In this document: positions 1 through 9,210 of the stretch, piece after piece
How positions within the stretch are numbered: the stretch's first letter is position 1
Layout of the letters: each line of letters starts with the position of its first letter
Virus record (IMG/VR): IMGVR_UViG_3300044833_000182
Span: 32,109-96,108 of that record
Origin: a virus
Reading direction: 5' to 3' (one strand)
Length of the DNA stretch: 64,000 nt
Translations under genes and position numbers: made by a program
The notes under the pieces: model-generated
Seen by the model: the letters and a program-made list of their open reading frames with translations, nothing else
The model's database searches: none
What the model was told of the DNA's origin: nothing

Positions 1-417
1 CCGTACCTGGCCGGCCGCGATCCGGCTGCCCCGCTGTTCTCGCCTGCGGAGGCGCGAAAAGAGCGCAACGCTGCCCGGCGAGCGGCGCGAAAGACGCCCG
101 TGCAGCCGTCGCAGCAGGACCGCAGCAAGAAGGACCCGGCGCGGAAGCCTGGCGAGCGCTGGACCACGGAGAGCTACGCTCACGCGATCGCCAGCGCGAT
201 CCGCAAGGCCAACCGGGCGCGAGCGGAGAAGGGACTGCCGCCCGTCGCTCACTTTCACCCTCATCAGCTTCGCCATAACGCGGCGGGAGAACTGAAGCGG
301 CAATTCGGCTGGGAAGTTGCCCGAATTGTCTGCGGCCATACGAGCGTCCAGACCACGTCGGGGTACGTCCAGCGCGATCTTCGCGCGGCTTTCGAGGCCG
401 TTGAGAAGGTCGGTTGA
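1..417 (+). CDS. int: Tyrosine recombinase/integrase, C-terminal part (5' truncated by the window)
   Basis: Frame is open from base 1 (PYLAGRDPAAPLFSPAEA..). Catalytic box II HPHQLRH..CGH..TTSGY. Confidence 0.92.
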   Translation, partial: PYLAGRDPAAPLFSPAEARKERNAARRAARKTPVQPSQQDRSKKDPARKPGERWTTESYAHAIASAIRKANRARAEKGLPPVAHFHPHQLRHNAAGELKRQFGWEVARIVCGHTSVQTTSGYVQRDLRAAFEAVEKVG

Positions 418-551
418 CACCGTGGCGCTATAATTCACCTGACGCGCGACGACGGCCGGCTGTCATTCCTGGGAATTGCGAAAAAGGACGTGACGCCAGC
501 GCTGCCGCGGTGTTGTAATACCCGCTCGCACCAGGTGGATCTCGTCTTTCA

Positions 552-983
552 ATGTCAGATAGCGAATATCTGCTATTAAGGATGCCCCCTGCGGCATCCC
601 CCTCCACCGGGCGCATGGAACGGCGTACACTATTTCAGTGTCCCGTGAAACAAGGATTGCGCCCCATGCAGGAATCAGAAGCGGAAGCCTTGCACCGGCT
701 GGCGGCGCAGGCCCTTCATTACGCAGCCGAGCGGATGACACAGGTTCGGGAGGAACCTGTGTCGGAAGACGCTGCCTCGTCAGAGGAAAAGTACCTTCTG
801 TTCTCGCCCACAGAGGAAGCGATTCTCGCCGCCGTGCCCGTCGAAGGTTGGATGACAGCCGAACTGATCGCGGAAGCCATCGACGAACCGCTGGAGGGCG
901 ACCTGAAACCGCTCCTGCGGAACCTCGTGGCCCGCAAGGCGCTGCGCAGCGCGCAGGGTAGGGGCTACCGGCGCCGAGCCTGA
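552..983 (+). CDS. Hypothetical protein with C-terminal winged-helix-like domain (start may be 615 or 666)
   Basis: SPTEEAILAAV..WMTAELIAEAI..LKPLLRNLVARKAL..GRGY resembles a wHTH. Confidence 0.6.
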   Translation: MSDSEYLLLRMPPAASPSTGRMERRTLFQCPVKQGLRPMQESEAEALHRLAAQALHYAAERMTQVREEPVSEDAASSEEKYLLFSPTEEAILAAVPVEGWMTAELIAEAIDEPLEGDLKPLLRNLVARKALRSAQGRGYRRRA

Positions 984-985
984 AT

Positions 986-1046
986 CCGGCTAAGGGGGCC
1001 TTGCCGCGGCAAAGGGGTCTTAGCGCTAATTCCCGGCTAAAGGGGC
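986..1046 (+). repeat. Three imperfect direct repeats CGGC(T/A)AA(G/A)GGGG upstream of the xis-like gene
   Basis: Copies at about 986-999, 1007-1017 and 1033-1046. Confidence 0.55.
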
Positions 1047-1082
1047 TTTTGTTTGCCGCCGCGCCCCGCATATTATTGCGGC

Positions 1083-1349
1083 ATGCTCGATCCCACGAGA
1101 GAGAGACTGATCGGTATGACGGAGGCCGGCCGGCTGATGGGCCGGCACCGCGAGACGATGCGCGCACTGGTGAAGCGCGGGGCGATCGAGGGCGTGGAGA
1201 TGGCCGGCCGGCTGTACACGTCGGCGGAGGCAATCCGCCGGGCGGTTGTACCCGTTGAGGAAGGCCCGCAGCCTGCGTCCGCCGTGGACGTGCAGGCGGA
1301 CTATCGGCGAGCGATGGACGATCTGCGAAGGCGCGGGATGGTGACGTAG
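1083..1349 (+). CDS. Excisionase-like HTH DNA-binding protein
   Basis: LIGMTEAGRLMGRHRETMRALVKRGAIEGVEMAGRLYTS has a MerR/Xis-like HTH-wing pattern and lies next to the integrase. Confidence 0.75.
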   Translation: MLDPTRERLIGMTEAGRLMGRHRETMRALVKRGAIEGVEMAGRLYTSAEAIRRAVVPVEEGPQPASAVDVQADYRRAMDDLRRRGMVT

Positions 1350-1378
1350 CCGCGCCCACTACCCGGAGGACCACGACC

Positions 1379-1651
1379 ATGAGTATCAATGACCAGCCCC
1401 CGCAGCCGTCCGCCTTCGTTCCCGGCGCCAGCGTGCGGTTGAAGTCCGGCGGCCCGGAGATGCGCGTGGTCGTTACGGTCGGCGGGTGGGTGTGCTGCGC
1501 CTGGGTTGACGCAGACGGCGTGCAGGAGGCGCACACGTTCGACGGCGACGCGCTACAGCCCGTGGACGCTGGCGAGGCGATGGAGAGGCGGGAGTCGGGC
1601 GAGCCCGCGTGGGGTGAGGAACGGGAGGGGGACGGGGAGGAGCAACCGTGA
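1379..1651 (+). CDS. YodC/DUF2158-family protein
   Basis: FVPGASVRLKSGGPEMRV..VCCAW motif; GGAGG RBS. Confidence 0.85.
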   Translation: MSINDQPPQPSAFVPGASVRLKSGGPEMRVVVTVGGWVCCAWVDADGVQEAHTFDGDALQPVDAGEAMERRESGEPAWGEEREGDGEEQP

Positions 1652-2256
1652 ACGTACTTCCGGGAGAGAACATCCGCACGCCGGCACTCCAGGCCGCGAA
1701 ACTGGCGCTGCTGTTCCGCGGCCTGGCCGATTGGACGGTCGTGTACGATTCAAACGCCGAATACAAGGGCCAGATGACAGTTCACCCAGAAGAAAAACGG
1801 GCGGTGATCTACGCTTGGGGCGAGCTGACCGCGGAGCCGCCCGATTACCTCTTCCACGAGGTGTTGCACGCGGCCTACCGGGCGGCCGTCCGAAAGGGTT
1901 ACGACGGCGAGGAGGAGTTCGTCCAGGACGTGTGCGGTATTCTGACCGGGGGAATGACCATGAGCGACGGCGGGCAGTTCAAGGCAAGCGACGAGCGGCA
2001 ATTCCAGCCGGGCGACGTGGTGCGGCTGAAGAGCGGCGGGCCGGCGATGACGGTGATGGAAGCCACGCCCGGCAGATGGATTCACTGCCGCTGGTTCGTG
2101 TTCAGCGAGCAACGGCTCAAGAAGGCTGTGTTCCTTGACGTGTGCCTGAAGAAGGATCCGGGCGAACTGCCCGCGGCAACATCGCCTGCGGTGGAGGAAC
2201 TGCGCCGGCACTGCCTCGGACCTGATCGGCCACCGATGTACGGCGGGCAAAAGTAG
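1648..2256 (+). CDS. HEXXH metallopeptidase-like domain fused to a second YodC/DUF2158 domain
   Basis: LFHEVLH in the N-terminal half; FQPGDVVRLKSGGPAMTV..IHCRWF in the C-terminal half; GTGA overlap with the previous gene. Confidence 0.75.
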   Translation: MNVLPGENIRTPALQAAKLALLFRGLADWTVVYDSNAEYKGQMTVHPEEKRAVIYAWGELTAEPPDYLFHEVLHAAYRAAVRKGYDGEEEFVQDVCGILTGGMTMSDGGQFKASDERQFQPGDVVRLKSGGPAMTVMEATPGRWIHCRWFVFSEQRLKKAVFLDVCLKKDPGELPAATSPAVEELRRHCLGPDRPPMYGGQK

Positions 2257-2289
2257 GCTTATTACCTAAAAGCCTATACGGCGGCGGAA

Positions 2290-2482
2290 TGCTCGAGCAG
2301 GGCGGCGGAGACGATGCACGATTATGCTCGAGCATAACTTTCGCGGCTGATGACATCGAATCGCATAATCGGGACCAACTCGAAGTCCTTTGCCGTCAAT
2401 AGGTTGCGTTCTCGAGTAGAGGCGGCTCGATCCGGGCGGGCGGTTTCTCGAGAAGCCCGCTCGAGGTAGCGGCTGCTCGAGC
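2290..2482. repeat. Non-coding cluster of CTCGAG palindromes
   Basis: Exact CTCGAG at 2292, 2327, 2411, 2447, 2460 and 2476; perfect 16-bp palindrome TTATGCTCGAGCATAA at 2322-2337. Confidence 0.75.
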
Positions 2483-2570
2483 TAGCGGCCGGTTGCTTGC
2501 GGGCGGGTGGGGGTGCGAGGGCGGCGAGGGGAAGGCTTGCGGCTCTCCCCCTCGCGGAAGGTGGGATGGG

Positions 2571-3404
2571 TCAGGTGGATTCGATCAGATCCCACACCCG
2601 ACGACGGTAGTCTTCCCGGATCGCCTTTGCCCCTTCTGGCGTGATGTGATCGCAGAGTGGCGGAAGGTCGGAGTCGGCTTCTTTCCACGACGAGACGCCG
2701 GGGAATGCCCGCGAGAGGACAGGCCACCAGTGGGGATCGTTCAGCGGAGCGCCCCTTGCGTTCACGTCCCAATAGTCATCGGTTGTGAAGTCGGCGTCTT
2801 GGTCGCCATCGACGAGGGTCTGATGGAGAACGGCGTAATACCAATACCGCGGATCGTCCTCGCACGGCGCGATCTCGACGATGCGAACGACGGGCTTGCC
2901 CATTTCCAAGGGCGTGTGCGTATCGCCCCGATAGGACTTCCCCGGCAGCAAGGGCGGCATCGGAACGGAACCGGGCACAGCGGCCGTCTGTTCGACAGCC
3001 TCTTCGGCGTCCATCTGAGCGAGCGCCGGGGCTTCCGGTTCGACCTGCGGAGCATCCATCTCCGTGAGGAGTTGCAAGGCCCCGTCAACGGTGAGGGGCG
3101 GTTCGCCGGCCTCTTCACGGAGGCGGATCGGCTCTTCGAGACGGTGCCAGTTCTCGGCGAGACGCATGCGCACCTGTGCGGTCCGGAGCGGGGCGCGGAA
3201 ATTCTTCTGGACGAAAGGAATCCATCCGCCGTGGCCGACGAGTGGCTTTGCCTCCAAGAGAACGCGGCCGACATGGACGGCGTCGGCGAGAGAGGCAGTG
3301 GTGTGCCGGAGTTCGCTGCTGTAGTAGTCGTTCGCCCGCTGGCACAGCGCAAGCGCCTGCTGCTGGGACGACACGACGATGGCCGGGGGATTGAGGTTCT
3401 TCAC
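2571..3404 (-). CDS. DUF3102-domain protein
   Basis: AVHVGRVLLEAKPLVGHGGWIPFVQKNF..RTAQVRMRLA; GTG start at 3404 after GGAGA. Confidence 0.8.
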   Translation of the reverse strand: MKNLNPPAIVVSSQQQALALCQRANDYYSSELRHTTASLADAVHVGRVLLEAKPLVGHGGWIPFVQKNFRAPLRTAQVRMRLAENWHRLEEPIRLREEAGEPPLTVDGALQLLTEMDAPQVEPEAPALAQMDAEEAVEQTAAVPGSVPMPPLLPGKSYRGDTHTPLEMGKPVVRIVEIAPCEDDPRYWYYAVLHQTLVDGDQDADFTTDDYWDVNARGAPLNDPHWWPVLSRAFPGVSSWKEADSDLPPLCDHITPEGAKAIREDYRRRVWDLIEST

Positions 3405-3469
3405 GATGTCTCTCCGTGGAGGATGGGTGAGGCCAAAAGCGCAGGATGTCTGCGCATTTGAGGGACTGC

Positions 3470-3709
3470 TTACCTCTTGTCCGTTGGGTCTGGATGGTCC
3501 TTCTTGAACTTGCCGTAGTCCCGAAGGACGTTGGGGCGGAGGTAGCCGTCGATCATCTGGGCAATCTTCATCCGCTTGTTGCGACTGTCGCGAGTGAAGA
3601 AACACATTTCACGGATCATCTCCAGGAGATCAACAGCGATGCGAGCGGTCTCCGACTCCGGCTCTTTGGACGCATCGTCAGGGGGAGGCGACGGAGGCTT
3701 CTTGCCCAT
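3470..3709 (-). CDS. Small divergent regulator 1 (RHH-like repressor)
   Basis: ETARIAVDLLEMIREMC..KIAQMIDGYLRPNVLRDY; paralogous to 18786-19037; divergent from promoter 3863. Confidence 0.65.
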   Translation of the reverse strand: MGKKPPSPPPDDASKEPESETARIAVDLLEMIREMCFFTRDSRNKRMKIAQMIDGYLRPNVLRDYGKFKKDHPDPTDKR

Positions 3710-3862
3710 GATTGGCTCCAGCAAGAACACTGCCGACATTGTGACGCCTCCCGATGTTACCCGCGACAAGTGGAAACGGACAAGCCATTTAAGTATACCA
3801 GGGCGACGATTCTGTGACAAGGGATTTTAGCCCCGATTTCCAGTTTCCAGTCACAAATCACC

Positions 3863-3891
3863 TTGACACCAGTTACTCACCCTGCTAAGAT
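3863..3891 (+). promoter_or_regulatory. Sigma70-type promoter P1
   Basis: TTGACA-17-TAAGAT with TGn extension, in an AT-rich gap with GTGAC/GTCAC half-sites. Confidence 0.75.
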
Positions 3892-3937
3892 ACACATCAG
3901 TCACCCAACCACCGCCCGCCCCTCCGGAGCTTCGACC

Positions 3938-4099
3938 ATGACGACCACAAAGACTTTCGCGAAATCGATCAAGTGCCAGGTCTGCGGCTGCACCGTGATG
4001 GTGGCGCGCACCGCGAGGTTGCCGGTGCGGACGTGTCGGGCGCTGGCCCTGGCGAACCATGTCCAGACACTGCACTCGCACCTGCTGCCGCGGAAGTGA
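3938..4099 (+). CDS. Small Zn-finger protein
   Basis: CQVC..HVQTLH; GGAG RBS; first gene after P1. Confidence 0.55.
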   Translation: MTTTKTFAKSIKCQVCGCTVMVARTARLPVRTCRALALANHVQTLHSHLLPRK

Positions 4100-4629
4100 T
4101 ATTTCCACCTTTGCCTTCGCCTCCTCCGGAGCCTCCCGCCATGTGCGCCACCCCGACCGCCGCCCCCGCGACCCGCCCGACGCCCTGCATCATCGCCGCA
4201 GGCAGCGTGGTCAGTTTTCAGTGCGCCCACGGCGAACACGCGAGGTGCCGGGTGGAAGCATGTGCCTGCTCCTGCCACAAGCCGAAGACGCCCGCGGCGG
4301 CAACGGTCGCCGCCCGCCCGACGCCCCGCAGCAAGCCCGCCCGCACGCTGCGCATCCTGTGCCGCCCCGCCCCGGGCGAGTTGGTGGTGGAAGTGACGGC
4401 CAGCGACGGCCGGAACATGTATCACGTCTTCGCCTGCCCGCCGTTCAGCGGCACGGGGCGCGCGTGGATCTGGCAGGGGCTCGGCCGCAAGACCGGGTCG
4501 CGCTACGAAGTGAATATGGGCAGTGGCAGCGGCGACGGGCAGGGCGGGTCGTGCGAGTGCAGGTCGCGGGTGACGTGCCGCCACCGCAGCGCCACCGAAG
4601 CCTTGTTGGCGCGCGGCGACCTGTCCTGA
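4096..4629 (+). CDS. Cys-rich protein with a C-terminal SWIM-like finger
   Basis: SCECRSRVTCRH; GTGA overlap. Confidence 0.6.
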   Translation: MIFPPLPSPPPEPPAMCATPTAAPATRPTPCIIAAGSVVSFQCAHGEHARCRVEACACSCHKPKTPAAATVAARPTPRSKPARTLRILCRPAPGELVVEVTASDGRNMYHVFACPPFSGTGRAWIWQGLGRKTGSRYEVNMGSGSGDGQGGSCECRSRVTCRHRSATEALLARGDLS

Positions 4630-4666
4630 TTGTTGCCTCACACCCTTTACCTCGGAGGATCGAGAG

Positions 4667-4936
4667 ATGGCAGACCATACACCCGGCCCGTGGAAAGTGC
4701 TGCCGAAGAGCAGCCACCTCAGCATCATGGAAGGCGACGAGTGGAGCGCCGTCCCTATCTGCGATGTCTATATCGCGTCGCGCCCAGACGAGGGGAAAGC
4801 CAACGCCCGGCTGATCGCCGCCGCGCCAACGATGTACGACCTGTTGCACGAGATCCGGCATCGTGTCCCGGCCGGCAGCGAAACGCACGGGTTGATTGCC
4901 GCCGTGCTGGACGAGATCGACAACGGCGCGCCCTGA
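4667..4936 (+). CDS. Phage protein of the 'HTPGPW..NARLIAAAP' family
   Basis: Motif seen directly; GGAGG RBS. Confidence 0.8.
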   Translation: MADHTPGPWKVLPKSSHLSIMEGDEWSAVPICDVYIASRPDEGKANARLIAAAPTMYDLLHEIRHRVPAGSETHGLIAAVLDEIDNGAP

Positions 4937-5049
4937 CCGCTAACCCAGCCCGCCCCTCGCCCCCCCCCTCGCCCCCGGGGAGTGCAGCCCGTCCGCCCCC
5001 GGCGGCGTCCTCCCGCGACGACGAGTAACCCAAACACTACTGGAGCGAC

Positions 5050-5238
5050 ATGAGCATTAACGAGGCTGTGGAATCTCTGAGGCAGAAACTTGGAGAACCC
5101 GACGTGTTCATCGTCCGCCATGACGGCACGACGATAACGGTCGATGTGAACTTCGTCTACCGGGTCGAGGAAGTGAAAGCACTTGGCGACAAGTGGCAGG
5201 ATTTCCCCCTGCAAATCGGTAGGCGAAGTTGTTGGTGA
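5050..5238 (+). CDS. Hypothetical protein
   Basis: GGAG RBS, same-strand gene packing. Confidence 0.55.
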   Translation: MSINEAVESLRQKLGEPDVFIVRHDGTTITVDVNFVYRVEEVKALGDKWQDFPLQIGRRSCW

Positions 5239-5368
5239 GAACACAGTGCGGCGCGTCCGCCCCCGGCGGCGTGTGGCCGGGGAGTAAGGAGTCCAAGCTA
5301 TCACCGAACTTCACGCCGACAACCTGAGCAACCGCCTGCGGGAATGCTCCTTCTCGTTCGATCGGGCA

Positions 5369-5818
5369 ATGGCTTCCGGAAACTGGCCAGCCGCCATGCG
5401 CCTGTGGCTTGATCTCCTCGCCGCTTACAGTACGGTCATTCGCGAGGCGCGGTCGGCCAGCGTCGAGAATGACGCCCTGTCCGCGGAACTGAAGGTCTAC
5501 CGCCCTACCCGCACCGGCCGGCCAGCAGCGCCATTCCTCGAACGGCACATCTACGTCTTCACGGCGCGATCTCCGTGGGTGTGCGCGGCGGTGGAGTTGC
5601 GTCAGACAATTCAGATACCACCTATCTTTGGAGGCGGATATTATCAGGAGCATTACGTTCCAGAGAAAAAGACGGTGTGCGGGAAAACAACGTCCTACCC
5701 GGTGTCGGAGCGGTTTACGTCGGGCGGGTGGCCGCGCCTGCATGAGTTGTGCCCCGAATGCACGACGGCGCTCGTCAAGGCGGGAGCATTCCCCGTCGAA
5801 CCTATCACCGGTAGTTGA
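5369..5818 (+). CDS. Hypothetical protein (start uncertain)
   Basis: Fills the gap in the operon; C-terminal CPEC. Confidence 0.5.
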   Translation: MASGNWPAAMRLWLDLLAAYSTVIREARSASVENDALSAELKVYRPTRTGRPAAPFLERHIYVFTARSPWVCAAVELRQTIQIPPIFGGGYYQEHYVPEKKTVCGKTTSYPVSERFTSGGWPRLHELCPECTTALVKAGAFPVEPITGS

Positions 5819-5827
5819 GGAGTCAAC

Positions 5828-6178
5828 ATGCCGACTGAACCACCAGCCCCGCTGTCCAGCGCCGAGGGCGCCGTCCTCTACCTCTTGCGGCGCATCGCCC
5901 GCGATCCGGGCCTGCGCTGGCTAATGCTCCACACCCAGGCGTTCGGCAAGCTATGCGAGGCGGAAGCTCTTCGCACCGAAACGACGGTGGACGCTGTCGA
6001 GAAGAAATACGGCGTGCCGTGCCAGGAGGGGAGCGTCGAACTGGTCCGGCTGCGGAAGGTCAAGGAGGCAGCGGAAACGCTGATCGAGTTTATCGAGCAA
6101 GACGGCGGGAAACTACTCTTCAAGGAATCCAGTGTTGTGCTGGATCTGCGCGCCGCCCTGTCGAAAGACGGTGAGTGA
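5828..6178 (+). CDS. Hypothetical protein
   Basis: GAGGAG RBS. Confidence 0.65.
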   Translation: MPTEPPAPLSSAEGAVLYLLRRIARDPGLRWLMLHTQAFGKLCEAEALRTETTVDAVEKKYGVPCQEGSVELVRLRKVKEAAETLIEFIEQDGGKLLFKESSVVLDLRAALSKDGE

Positions 6179-6270
6179 CGGCCGGCAAGCAGCGTCAGGG
6201 CGAGAACGAAGCGGCGGCCCGCGCGGGCGCCGGTGTACGGGGAAGCGGAGACCTTTTAAGGAGAATCACG

Positions 6271-6708
6271 ATGGAGAACTGGCGGAAGGTGTTTCGCGAC
6301 GGTCTGGCTCCCCTGCTCTCCGTGGAGCATTTGGAGGCTTTGAAAGAGGCGCTGGAGAGTGACGATCCTGCTCTGCTGCAAGGCTCAACAATGATGCCTC
6401 CATTTTACCGATCTGAATGGTTGGTGGAAGGCGCATGCTTGCTGGCTTACCCATACGCGGCTGTCAATGGAGGTTTTCTGCACGACGACGATCCCTCCGA
6501 ACTCAACATTGAAGCGGCGCAGGCTGGCGACGTTGAGGCATTCTTCGCGCAAACGTGTTCTGGCATCGATCAACGGCTGGCGGACGCGGAAGAACCAACA
6601 CCCCACCAACTCCTGCTGGAATGGTTTGACGAGACGCCGCGCGACGAGATGCGCATCAACCTCCTTCCTGAAATCGAGCGCGAACTGACGCGGCGCGGCG
6701 GTCTCTGA
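6271..6708 (+). CDS. Gemmataceae-type conserved protein (WRKVFRDGLAPLLS..DDPALLQGST..WFDETPRDEMR)
   Basis: AAGGAG RBS; recalled resemblance to a family common in Gemmata-like genomes. Confidence 0.7.
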   Translation: MENWRKVFRDGLAPLLSVEHLEALKEALESDDPALLQGSTMMPPFYRSEWLVEGACLLAYPYAAVNGGFLHDDDPSELNIEAAQAGDVEAFFAQTCSGIDQRLADAEEPTPHQLLLEWFDETPRDEMRINLLPEIERELTRRGGL

Positions 6709-6736
6709 CTCCTGACTTCCCGGCCGGAGTCCACGG

Positions 6737-7012
6737 ATGGCGACGTATCCGATCACCGGCCCAGACGCTCAGATCCTTAACGCTGGAGCGGTATGTACCT
6801 ACCTCGGTTGCGAGTTGCGCACTCTCCGCCGCTGGATCGAGGCCGGCCGCTTTCCCCGGCCCCGGCGCGTCGGCCGAACGCGGTTCTGGACCGGGCAGGA
6901 CATTGCCGCCTATCTGTCCCTTGAAGGCCGGTATGTCGTCGGCCCGCAGGAAACTGATGACGAGGAACCGCCGAAAAAAAGCAAAAAGAAGGGCGAAACG
7001 CCGCCCGGGTAA
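6737..7012 (+). CDS. AlpA/Xis-family HTH regulator
   Basis: LNAGAVCTYLGCELRTLRRWIEAGRFPRPRRVGRTRFW. Confidence 0.85.
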   Translation: MATYPITGPDAQILNAGAVCTYLGCELRTLRRWIEAGRFPRPRRVGRTRFWTGQDIAAYLSLEGRYVVGPQETDDEEPPKKSKKKGETPPG

Positions 7013-7030
7013 AGGATTCTTTCGGTGTCA

Positions 7031-7080
7031 CTCGCGGCCACTGATGACCACTGGCGTACATCTCGCGGCCACTGATGACC
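7031..7080 (+). repeat. 19-bp perfect direct repeat CTCGCGGCCACTGATGACC x2 (putative operator)
   Basis: Copies at 7031-7049 and 7062-7080, period 31 bp. Confidence 0.8.
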
Positions 7081-7119
7081 GGGCAAAGCCGATGCCAAAA
7101 AATAGAGAAAATGTAGCTG

Positions 7120-7147
7120 TTGACAGCATGGAAATCGCGTGTAATCT
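7120..7147 (+). promoter_or_regulatory. Sigma70-type promoter with an A-rich UP-like element
   Basis: TTGACA-16-TAATCT preceded by AAAAAATAGAGAAAAT. Confidence 0.55.
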
Positions 7148-7177
7148 TCTTGAGTCGCCTGCGAAAGGCCCTCGACC

Positions 7178-7486
7178 ATGACGAGCGAAACGCGGCTCAT
7201 GTCCGCCTTGCACGACCTGCCCGCGGGCAACGCCGAGCCCGCCGCCAGCGCACCGCAACCGGCTGCGAAGGTGCTGTCTCCGATCAAACTCCCCTGCCCG
7301 TTGTGCGGAGAGGAAGACGCTGACATCAGCGTGCATCTGGCGAACCTGGGGAGCGGTGAAGAGTTCATGTGCGACGACTGCGGCGAGGACTTCAGCATCG
7401 CCGAGGTTCGCCGGTTCATCGCCCGATGGACGCCGATTTTGGATTGGTTGAGCGCCATTCCGACGACGCCGCCCGACGCCGAGTAA
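7178..7486 (+). CDS. Zn-ribbon protein
   Basis: CPLC..CDDC. Confidence 0.7.
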   Translation: MTSETRLMSALHDLPAGNAEPAASAPQPAAKVLSPIKLPCPLCGEEDADISVHLANLGSGEEFMCDDCGEDFSIAEVRRFIARWTPILDWLSAIPTTPPDAE

Positions 7487-7523
7487 CGCCCCGCACCCCT
7501 TCGCCCCGACATGAGGCCACCAC

Positions 7524-7841
7524 ATGCTCACCCGCTCCCTCCGCACGCCGTACCCCCTGCCCACCGACGCGCCACCGCGCCGGCGCATCACGGAGGTTGA
7601 GGCCGCCGTCATGGTGTCGGCCGTGGGCGGCCTGGCGGACCTGGTGGCCGTGCGGAAGACGCTGGCGATGTTGCTCAACTGGGACCGCGAGCAGCAGGAC
7701 CGCGAGATCGAGGCGGCGCGGCGCAGCGGCCGGGTCACGGGGACGGCGCGCGAGGGACGCAACGGTGTGACGGCCGAGCAGCGGGCGACGGAGACGGCGG
7801 ACGGGTGCGGGTATCTGAGCATCCGCGAGGAGGGGGCATGA
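7524..7841 (+). CDS. Hypothetical protein
   Basis: ATGA overlap with the MTase gene. Confidence 0.55.
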   Translation: MLTRSLRTPYPLPTDAPPRRRITEVEAAVMVSAVGGLADLVAVRKTLAMLLNWDREQQDREIEAARRSGRVTGTAREGRNGVTAEQRATETADGCGYLSIREEGA

Positions 7842-9073
7842 TCGCAACCGCAAAGGACGTGCTGGAGGGACGGGCGGCGTGGGCGTGTGACCCGGCCGAC
7901 AACCTCGTATGGCTGGCCAGCCTTCCTGCGAGCTGCTGTTCGCTTTCGGTCACATCCCCGCCATACGAAGGTCAGAGACTTTACGGAGCCGTCAAGTTCA
8001 AGCTCGTGGGTCAGGCGTGGGTGGACTGGATGATTCCGCGCGTCGTCGAGATGTGCCGGGTCGTCAACGGTCTGGTGTGTATCAACATGAGCGGTTGCGT
8101 CGAGGATCGGATGTATCACCCCGTCGTCGAGTGGTTGGTTGCCGACCTGACGCGGAATCATGGTCTGGTGTGCGGCCCCGCCCCCTACGTCTTTTTCCGC
8201 TACGGTATCCCCGGCTCGGGAGGGTCGGGAAAAATCGACCGCTACCACCGGCGGGATTGGGAACCGGTGTACGCCTTTGCCCGTCTGGAGAACCTGCCGC
8301 TGAAGTGGACGGACGCGACGGCGATGGGGCATCCGCCGAAGTGGGCGCCGGGTGGGGAGATGAGCAATCGGCTGAAGAACGGCCAGCGCGTCGGCAAGTT
8401 CGGTGCGGGCGGAAGCAGCAACAGCAAGGGAGGTATGGGCCGTAAGAAGAACGGCGAAATGGAACCGACGCGCAACTCTTCCCTGGCGGAAACTGTGATC
8501 GTTGGCGGCGAGACTCCCGGTCTGTTCGGCCCTGTCGAGGAACCGCCAGCCGATCCCTACGGCCACGACCGCGCGACTTCGGGCGGCAAGAGAGCGAACG
8601 GCGAGCGGAAACCGCCAACGAAGCACGTCACCCGTCGCCGTCACGGCGACGGGGAGCGCGACGACGGCCAGTATGAACCGCCCGTTTTGGCGAACCCCGG
8701 GAATGTGATCAAGGCGCTGTACAACGCCGAAGAAGTCCGCCAACTCTTTGACGACCTCGTGACGCAGAAGATCGAGCCTGGCGACGTGGTCCGTTGTCTC
8801 GTCGGCGGCGGTCTGATGGGGCATCCGTTGTGCCACCGCAATGAAGCCCCGTTTCCAGAAAGCCTCGTGGAGTTCTTCATCCGTTCCTACGCCGCTCCCG
8901 GCAGCATCGTCCTTGACGCCTTCTCCGGGAGTGGTACGACGGGCGCCGTCGCGGTGCGGGAGGGGCGGCGGTTCATCGGCGCGGACGTGCGGCCCGATCA
9001 GATCGAGGTTGCCCGGCAGCGGATTAGTGGCGAGACGCCGTCTCTCTTCGCCGCGCAGGAGCCCCCGCCCTGA
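7838..9073 (+). CDS. DNA methyltransferase, beta class (N4-cytosine-type SPPY)
   Basis: Motif IV VTSPPY precedes motif I VLDAFSGSGTT; GRRFIGAD. Confidence 0.9.
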   Translation: MIATAKDVLEGRAAWACDPADNLVWLASLPASCCSLSVTSPPYEGQRLYGAVKFKLVGQAWVDWMIPRVVEMCRVVNGLVCINMSGCVEDRMYHPVVEWLVADLTRNHGLVCGPAPYVFFRYGIPGSGGSGKIDRYHRRDWEPVYAFARLENLPLKWTDATAMGHPPKWAPGGEMSNRLKNGQRVGKFGAGGSSNSKGGMGRKKNGEMEPTRNSSLAETVIVGGETPGLFGPVEEPPADPYGHDRATSGGKRANGERKPPTKHVTRRRHGDGERDDGQYEPPVLANPGNVIKALYNAEEVRQLFDDLVTQKIEPGDVVRCLVGGGLMGHPLCHRNEAPFPESLVEFFIRSYAAPGSIVLDAFSGSGTTGAVAVREGRRFIGADVRPDQIEVARQRISGETPSLFAAQEPPP

Positions 9074-9210
9074 CGAACCACCCCCTCCGGCCGCGCCAGG
9101 CCCCGCTCGTTGCGGAATCAGCCTGGCCGCCGCGGTTCACGCCCGCGGACGCATCCCTTGCCGGCCGGGATGGGGAGTTTTCAGATCGCCCGCAACCGAA
9201 GGAGCAACCT

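Noticed and set aside
414-434. TTGACA..TATAAT just after the integrase stop
   Set aside because: The spacer is only 9 bp, so it is not a canonical promoter. The region could hold att sequences, but no core repeat can be shown from this window.
7028-8836. 602-aa minus-strand ORF
   Set aside because: Antisense shadow of the MTase and its neighbours in GC-rich DNA; no motifs.
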